Virus record (IMG/VR): IMGVR_UViG_3300038673_000365
Coordinates: 1 to 28,369 of that record
Direction: 5' to 3' (one strand)
Length of the DNA: 28,369 nt
DNA from: a virus
Lineage: Duplodnaviria; Caudoviricetes
Part shown: positions 22,871 to 28,369 of the stretch, one piece after another
Layout: every line of letters begins with the position of its first letter
Numbering within the stretch: the stretch's first letter is position 1
The notes under the pieces: generated by a model
Databases searched by the model: none
Told to the model about the DNA's origin: nothing
What the model saw: only the letters and a program-made list of their open reading frames with translations
Position numbers and translations under genes: made by a program

Positions 22871-23727
22871 GCACATACTCCGATCTCGAATCCTCCATCC
22901 ATGGTGGATGTCCCGTCGAGCTTTTTCGGTTCGTCCACGGCGGCCAAGTCTGGACATACTCCAGCGGCCCAGAGATCGTTTACAACGGCGAAACATATGC
23001 CGCGTTTCCGATTGGGCGCGACGATATGCAGCAGACAAAGGAATTGCACAAGTCGCCCCTGGAAGTGCTGATCCCCAGGACGAGCGAACTTTCCCTGCTC
23101 TACCTGGCCGGGAACCCCGAGCACATCATCACCGTGACCGTGTTCCGGCTTCACGTCGGGGCCAGTGATGGCCCTGTCGTCTATTGGAAGGGGCGCATCG
23201 TGTCGTGTGACTGGCCCGACCCGGCGACGGCGAGCCTCAAGTGCGAGAGCGTGTTCACGTCGCTCAAGCGGCCTGGCCTCCGCGCACGGTATCAGCGCAT
23301 GTGTCGCCACGCCCTCTACTCGCAGCAATGCGGGGTGGACAAGGCGGCCTATGCCGTGCCTGGGTCAGTCTCAGCGGTCAATGCGGCGCGCACCGTGATC
23401 ACAATCCCGGAGGCGGCAGCGCACCCCAACGGGTATTTCCTGGGCGGATTCTTGGCCCTGGCTGACGGCACCATGCGCTTCATCTCTGCGCATTCCGGGT
23501 CATCCATAACCTTGGCGAGCCCGGCCCCGGTCCTGGCTCAGTATGTGGGGGCGACGGGCTACGGCAAGAGCTACGGACTGTGGTACGGCGGCGCGGACCT
23601 GATGCTCTATCCAGGCTGCGGCCGCAACCGCGAAACGTGCCAGGGTCGGTTTGGTAATATTTTGAACTTCGGCGGCTGGCCCTGGATTCCGTCCCGCAAC
23701 CCCTTTGACGGCAGGAGCCTTGTGTAA
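22867..23727 (+). CDS. BR0599/DUF2163-family tail hub protein (gpL-like, four conserved Cys), 286 aa
   Basis: PVELFRF, CRHALYSQQCGV, YPGC...TC..RFGNILNFGGWPWIP..NPF. Confidence 0.88.
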   Translation: MSTYSDLESSIHGGCPVELFRFVHGGQVWTYSSGPEIVYNGETYAAFPIGRDDMQQTKELHKSPLEVLIPRTSELSLLYLAGNPEHIITVTVFRLHVGASDGPVVYWKGRIVSCDWPDPATASLKCESVFTSLKRPGLRARYQRMCRHALYSQQCGVDKAAYAVPGSVSAVNAARTVITIPEAAAHPNGYFLGGFLALADGTMRFISAHSGSSITLASPAPVLAQYVGATGYGKSYGLWYGGADLMLYPGCGRNRETCQGRFGNILNFGGWPWIPSRNPFDGRSLV

Positions 23728-23957
23728 TGTGGGTCCAACTCGCACTATTTGTCGCCTCCCTGGTCATCTCCTACCTGACCAGGCCCAAAGTCAAATTCGA
23801 CTCGCCCAAGCCTGGGGAAATCGAGGCCAGGGCCACGGCGTCGGCAGGCGGGGAAATCCCGGTCCTGTTCGGTAGCAGGGAAATCACGGGCCAGAACATT
23901 GTCTGGTGGGGCGATACCAAGACCGTGGCGATCAAAAAGAAAGGCGGCAAGAAATGA
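23727..23957 (+). CDS. Small tail-tip assembly protein, 76 aa
   Basis: Hydrophobic N-terminus, GGEIPVLFG...NIVWWGD...IKKKGGKK. Confidence 0.8.
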   Translation: MWVQLALFVASLVISYLTRPKVKFDSPKPGEIEARATASAGGEIPVLFGSREITGQNIVWWGDTKTVAIKKKGGKK

Positions 23958-24151
23958 GCGAAGTCAAATTCACGATGCGCCATATTCGACAATGCAAAAT
24001 GTGCTCTCGCGGAGCGCGTGCGTGGTTTGAGCGCCACGGCCTGGACTGGTCCGAGTTTTTACGCGTTGGCCTGCCCGTAGAGGTCCTGGAGCAAACAGGC
24101 GATGCCATGGCGATGCAGGTAGCCGCAGCAGCAAGAGCGGAGCAGGAGTAG
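23954..24151 (+). CDS. Small tail-associated protein, 65 aa
   Basis: MCSRGARAWFERHGLDWSEFLRVG motif typical of this tail module; ATGA overlap. Confidence 0.8.
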   Translation: MSEVKFTMRHIRQCKMCSRGARAWFERHGLDWSEFLRVGLPVEVLEQTGDAMAMQVAAAARAEQE

Positions 24152-24154
24152 CGC

Positions 24155-26914
24155 ATGGGCGGCAGTAGCAAGAGGGTCACGGTCGGCTACAAATACTATG
24201 TCGGGATGCACATGGCGTTGTGCCATGGGCCGGTGGACAAACTCGTGCGCATCATGGTCGGCGGGAAAAAAGCCTGGGTCGGAAACAACACCGGCGGGCC
24301 GCTGACCATCGACAAGCCGGACCTGTTCGGCGGCGAGAAAAGAGAGGGGGGTGTGTGTGGGTATATCGACATCGAGATGGGTGAGCCTGACCAGGCGCAG
24401 AATAGCTATCTCGCATCGAAGCTCGGGTCGGCTTTGCTACCTGCGTTTCGCGGCGTCATGTGCGCCGTCCTGCGACAGGTCTATATCGGGATGAATCCAT
24501 ACCTTAAAGACTGGGGCTGGCTCACGCAACGAATTCATAAAAGCACAGGAGGCGCAGAGCAGTGGTATGATGCCAAGGCTGAGATTGGGGCATATTTTGT
24601 CGATGACTCGCAAACAGACGTAATCGACCTGGAATATAAAGAGATAGTCCCTGTCAATTCGTCTTGGAAATATATCACAGTCGACCAGCTGGACAACGAA
24701 CTGCATTTCGATGATATATATTTTCCTGGGTGGGCTCCTTTTGCAAACACTTTGCCACACCCAATGGTTTCTGCCCCATTCCTAAACGATCCTGTACCAG
24801 TTCTTTGGACGGAAATTCCTGTTTTGTCAACACTGTGGGTTAAAAGATCAATAACTGTTACAGACAAGAGGCCTGTCAATATAGTTATACGAGCAGACAA
24901 CACAGCAACTTTATGGATTCTAAATGAACAAATAGTATTAACTCCTTCGGGAATTGGTCTTTACACGGCGTCTTTTGTACCACCGTATAAAAGTTTTGAT
25001 GTATTCATAAGGGTTGTCGAAACATCGCCGTCAGAAACAAACAATTACAAATATTTTGATGCATATATATTTCAAGACGCTGTTTACGACGTAAATTGTT
25101 CGTATTTTTGGGGCGACTTTGCAGACATGAACCCGGCTCACATTGTCCGCGAATGCCTAACGGACACGCACTGGGGCATGGGCTATCCAGAATCAGACAT
25201 GGGCGATTCGTTCGTCGATGCAGCCGACAAATTGCTTTCCGAGCAAATGGGTATTTCACTCATATGGAACCAACAGACTAGCATTGATGATTTTGTCGAG
25301 GACATTCTGCGTCATATTGATGCCGCTCTTTATGTTGATCGCACTACTGGCAAGTTTGAGATCAAACTGATCCGAGACGACTATGACGAGTCTTCGCTGC
25401 TCGTGCTAGATCAGTCGAATATCAGCCACGTGGATGGATACACGAAGCAGACGTTGGCCGAACTCGTCAACGAGATCACCGTCACGTATGACTCGAATGA
25501 GACTGGCCAGACAGAGACTGTCACGCTGCAAAATCTGGCGATGATCCAGCAACAAGGCGCCATAATCCCTGCAGCGGTGGAGTATCCAGGCTTCGCCAAT
25601 CAGCGCACAGCAGCACGGGTAGCGGCCCGCGACTTGAGGGCTATGAGCACGCCGCTGGTCACGGCTACGATTTACGCAAATCGGGAGGCATCTGGGCTTA
25701 ATGTTGGGTCTGTCTTCCGGTGGAATTGGGTTGAGGAAGACGACGAAGGGGGAAATGGAATTGCGACTTCTTATGTCATGCGCGTCACCGAGATTGCCTA
25801 CGGTGACGGTGTGGAGAATGTTGTCCGCATCCAGTGCGCGCAGGACGTTTTTGCCCTCCCCGACATCACATACGTTGAGGCCGATCCAACAGTCTGGGAG
25901 GACCCGTCAGCTGCACCACTCCCGGCCACGCCACGTCTTGTGATGGAGACTCCTTACTACGAGATCGTGCGGCAGCTTGGCGAGGTTGACACGGCCACGA
26001 AACTCTCGGGATTGCCGGAACTAGGGTACCTGATGGTTGCAGCAGGGCGACAGGCTGCAGAGATCAATGCCGCACTGCAGGTTGATTCCGGTGCGGGGTA
26101 CGTTGAGGGCGGGACGCTGGATTTTTGCCCCTGCGCGGTCCTAGACGGAGCTATTGGCCACCTCGACACGACGGCCACGCTCAAGGACGGCGTTGACCTT
26201 GACGAGTTTGTGGCCGGAAGTCTGGCCCAGATTGATGACGAGATCGTCGTCATCGAGTCTATTACGGACGGCGTGGCTACGATCAGGCGTGGATGCCTTG
26301 ATACCGTGCCAGCCGCTCACGCAGATGGCGCGTCGGTCATCATCTGGGACGGCTACACGTCCGGCGACGATATTGAGTATGTCGTCAGTGACGAGGTGGA
26401 CGTGAAACTGCTGACGATCACGGGCCAAGGGCCGCTGGCCATAGCAGATGCCCCGGTTGACTCGGTGGCTATGGATCAGAGGGCGCTGCGGCCATACCCT
26501 CCCGCAAATGTCCAGATAGGCGGCGAGTATTACCCGTCACTCGTCGTTGCGGACGATCTCGTCGGCGTCGTCGTGACATGGGCGCACCGGGACAGACTGC
26601 AGCAAACAGGCGGAACTGTCCTGGGGTGGACAGACGCGAGTGTTGGCCCAGAGGATGGCGTGACGTATTCTACGAGGCTCGTTCGTACAGACACGGAGGC
26701 CGAGCTGGATTCGTCCACTGCTATCAGTGGCGCGACGGTCACATTCACGCCGTCGTATCGCGGCGTGGTTCGGCTGGAAGTATGGTCTGTGCGTGGCGGG
26801 TTAGCGAGTTTTCAGATTTTCTCGCATGTCTTCAATTACGCTTCCCTACTGCCCGTGTACCATGGCGCATCGCAGGTATATCACGGAACAAACGAGGTTT
26901 ACCATGAAATTTGA
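24155..26914 (+). CDS. Tail tip/central host-specificity protein (gpJ-like), 919 aa, with an inserted beta-sandwich domain
   Basis: VGYKYYVGMHMALCHGPVD, LFGGEKREGG, DMNPAHIVRECLT, KLIRDDYD, RRGCLDTVP, RPYPPANV, WAHRDR. Confidence 0.9.
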   Translation: MGGSSKRVTVGYKYYVGMHMALCHGPVDKLVRIMVGGKKAWVGNNTGGPLTIDKPDLFGGEKREGGVCGYIDIEMGEPDQAQNSYLASKLGSALLPAFRGVMCAVLRQVYIGMNPYLKDWGWLTQRIHKSTGGAEQWYDAKAEIGAYFVDDSQTDVIDLEYKEIVPVNSSWKYITVDQLDNELHFDDIYFPGWAPFANTLPHPMVSAPFLNDPVPVLWTEIPVLSTLWVKRSITVTDKRPVNIVIRADNTATLWILNEQIVLTPSGIGLYTASFVPPYKSFDVFIRVVETSPSETNNYKYFDAYIFQDAVYDVNCSYFWGDFADMNPAHIVRECLTDTHWGMGYPESDMGDSFVDAADKLLSEQMGISLIWNQQTSIDDFVEDILRHIDAALYVDRTTGKFEIKLIRDDYDESSLLVLDQSNISHVDGYTKQTLAELVNEITVTYDSNETGQTETVTLQNLAMIQQQGAIIPAAVEYPGFANQRTAARVAARDLRAMSTPLVTATIYANREASGLNVGSVFRWNWVEEDDEGGNGIATSYVMRVTEIAYGDGVENVVRIQCAQDVFALPDITYVEADPTVWEDPSAAPLPATPRLVMETPYYEIVRQLGEVDTATKLSGLPELGYLMVAAGRQAAEINAALQVDSGAGYVEGGTLDFCPCAVLDGAIGHLDTTATLKDGVDLDEFVAGSLAQIDDEIVVIESITDGVATIRRGCLDTVPAAHADGASVIIWDGYTSGDDIEYVVSDEVDVKLLTITGQGPLAIADAPVDSVAMDQRALRPYPPANVQIGGEYYPSLVVADDLVGVVVTWAHRDRLQQTGGTVLGWTDASVGPEDGVTYSTRLVRTDTEAELDSSTAISGATVTFTPSYRGVVRLEVWSVRGGLASFQIFSHVFNYASLLPVYHGASQVYHGTNEVYHEI

Positions 26915-27272
26915 ACCACTACTTGACGGGTTTGGCGGGTCACAATTTGCAGTTGCGCCAGACTCTATCGCCATGACCGAGGTTGTAGGGACATTGACCG
27001 GAACGACGCCGGACCTTGACCCGGATGACCCTGATGTTGGGTCGATAGCTTTATGGACACTGACAGGAAACTCGACGCCAGTGGACACGCTCACGGACGG
27101 CCAGTCAATGACGCTCATGATCGACGATGGTAATGCGTACAGTATCACCTGGCCGACGATGACGTGGGTCGGTGGTTCTGCGCCGACGCTGGCGACGACA
27201 GGATATACTGTTATCGTGCTCTGGAAAGTCGGGACGAGCCTGCGCGGGATGCTGGCCGGGAGCGTCGCATGA
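26904..27272 (+). CDS. Tail fibre-associated beta-rich protein, 122 aa
   Basis: GAGG SD; TLTGN, GQSMTLMI, ITWPTMTWVGGSAPTL pattern seen in phage fibre domains. Confidence 0.7.
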   Translation: MKFEPLLDGFGGSQFAVAPDSIAMTEVVGTLTGTTPDLDPDDPDVGSIALWTLTGNSTPVDTLTDGQSMTLMIDDGNAYSITWPTMTWVGGSAPTLATTGYTVIVLWKVGTSLRGMLAGSVA

Positions 27273-27955
27273 AACTGGCGAAGCGGCTGATGATGCGCCA
27301 GCAGGCTGGTGGCGACCCGTACTGGGATGATGTTGTCCTGTGCATCAATGCGCAGGGCAATGACGGGTCAACGACTATCACCGACGAGAAAGGGGCGACG
27401 ATAACCAGATATGGAAATACGCAGGTTGACGACTCCCTTGGCTATCCGACGATACTTTTTGACGGATCAGGCGATTATTTCACATTGCCTACAGGGGCGA
27501 ATTTTAACTTCGGGACTTCGGACTTTACAATTGAATTTTTTGTAAGAATACCCAGCGGAACAACACAGCGGGACATTATCAGTAAATTCGTCACGTGGGC
27601 AACAAATGTTGATTTCAGAATATACACGTCGACAACTTCGCGCAAGATGTCATTTTTTGCGGGTGATAGCGTCCCTATCGCTATACAGTCTGACAACGCA
27701 CTGCCTGCCGACACTATGACACATGTCGCAATTTGCAGAGAGTCTGGGGTGACTCGGATGTTTATAGACGGCTCGCAACAGGCCGGAACGCACAGCGGTT
27801 CGGTCAACATTCCAAACGACAAGACGACGTTGACGGTTGGATATGGCACAGGTGGTCAATATATGCTCGGACATATTCGTGCCATCAGGATCACGGCGGC
27901 GGCCCGATATTCGAGTTCATTTGCTCCGCCTGATGTCCCATTCCCGACATCGTGA
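27269..27955 (+). CDS. LamG/concanavalin A-like jelly-roll protein, candidate receptor-binding protein, 228 aa
   Basis: DPYWDDVVL, FDGSGDY, GTSDFTIEFFV, HVAICR..G..RMFIDG, GHIRAIRIT..ARY...F.PP..PFP. Confidence 0.85.
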   Translation: MKLAKRLMMRQQAGGDPYWDDVVLCINAQGNDGSTTITDEKGATITRYGNTQVDDSLGYPTILFDGSGDYFTLPTGANFNFGTSDFTIEFFVRIPSGTTQRDIISKFVTWATNVDFRIYTSTTSRKMSFFAGDSVPIAIQSDNALPADTMTHVAICRESGVTRMFIDGSQQAGTHSGSVNIPNDKTTLTVGYGTGGQYMLGHIRAIRITAAARYSSSFAPPDVPFPTS

Positions 27956-28028
27956 GGTGCCACATGCCCATCACCCCATCGTCCATCCTCCCCCATCGTG
28001 GTCCCTGCCAACGCTATAGGAGACAACT

Positions 28029-28367
28029 ATGATCCGTAAAATAATTGAAGGCACCCCGGCCCCGGCCAACCTGCGGGCTGACTTTCCCAACACATCGTTT
28101 CCGGCGGACCTCGCGTCAGCCGTCCTCCCCGATGGCTACGTCTGGGTCGCAACATCCCCCTCCCCTGAGTGCGGGCCGTATGAGCGCGTCGAGCAGGTTG
28201 GCCCCGTACAGATCGACGGCTCCTGGGTGCAGGGCTGGCAGGTCGTGCCGTGGACACAGGAGGAAATCCAGGCCCACCTTGTCGCTGTGATCCAACAGCA
28301 CCTCGACGAAACGGCGCAGTCCAGGGCCTACGACGGCATCCTCTCGCTCTGCACCTACGCGACCAGC
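28029..28367 (+). CDS. Tail fibre assembly/chaperone-like protein (3' end runs off the window)
   Basis: Read manually: MIRKIIEGTPAPANLRADFPNTSFP...DGSWVQGWQV...IQQHLDETAQSRAYDGILSLCTYATS; AGGAG SD. Confidence 0.75.
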   Translation, partial: MIRKIIEGTPAPANLRADFPNTSFPADLASAVLPDGYVWVATSPSPECGPYERVEQVGPVQIDGSWVQGWQVVPWTQEEIQAHLVAVIQQHLDETAQSRAYDGILSLCTYATS

Positions 28368-28369
28368 CC

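Larger units (their letters stand above)
1..28369. mobile_element. Temperate siphovirus-like phage/prophage genome segment (recombination, immunity, replication, lysis, packaging, head and tail modules); both ends lie outside the window
   Basis: Continuous run of phage-type genes: repressor/cro switch, terminase, portal, capsid, tail tube, tape measure; no tail sheath seen; no host housekeeping genes. Confidence 0.97.

Noticed and set aside
23548-23571. GATGYGKS matches a Walker A pattern
   Set aside because: No preceding hydrophobic strand or Walker B, and the protein is a structural BR0599-type hub; likely coincidence of a Gly/Tyr motif
24155-28369. Diversity-generating retroelement or shufflon acting on tail genes
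   Set aside because: No reverse transcriptase or invertase and no template/variable repeat pair seen within the window; sequence beyond the right edge is unknown

Overview
The whole window is part of a temperate, long-tailed (siphovirus-type) phage or prophage genome with GC-rich coding sequence. No integrase, att site or host gene is visible, so the host and integration state cannot be determined. The order is: a leftward early operon (small ORFs, RecE-like exonuclease, RecT-like annealing protein); an immunity region (short HTH repressor divergent from a Cro-like gene, with paired TCCA-N2-TGGA operators on both sides); a replication initiator with internal iterons; accessory genes (HExxH protein, C5-MTase-like, VRR-NUC); a Mor-family late activator; a lysis cassette; TerS/TerL; a MuF minor head protein with a C-terminal HExxH domain plus a small downstream gene; a block of portal and three probable neck genes on the OPPOSITE strand; and then scaffold, capsid, tail tube, frameshifted tail chaperones, tape measure, tail-tip module and receptor-binding candidates. 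The most striking observation is between portal and scaffold: one 22-bp palindrome is flanked by two identical GATATT -10-like hexamers, each exactly 18 bp away on opposite strands. Its core recurs directly after the Mor-like gene. This suggests a single activator site driving a bidirectional late promoter, with a leaderless portal mRNA. Other highlights are the MuF toxin/immunity-like pair, a boxA plus structured leader in the early operon, and a ribbon-helix-helix gene interrupted at a C6 tract. All product calls come from motif recognition and gene context; no database searches were run.
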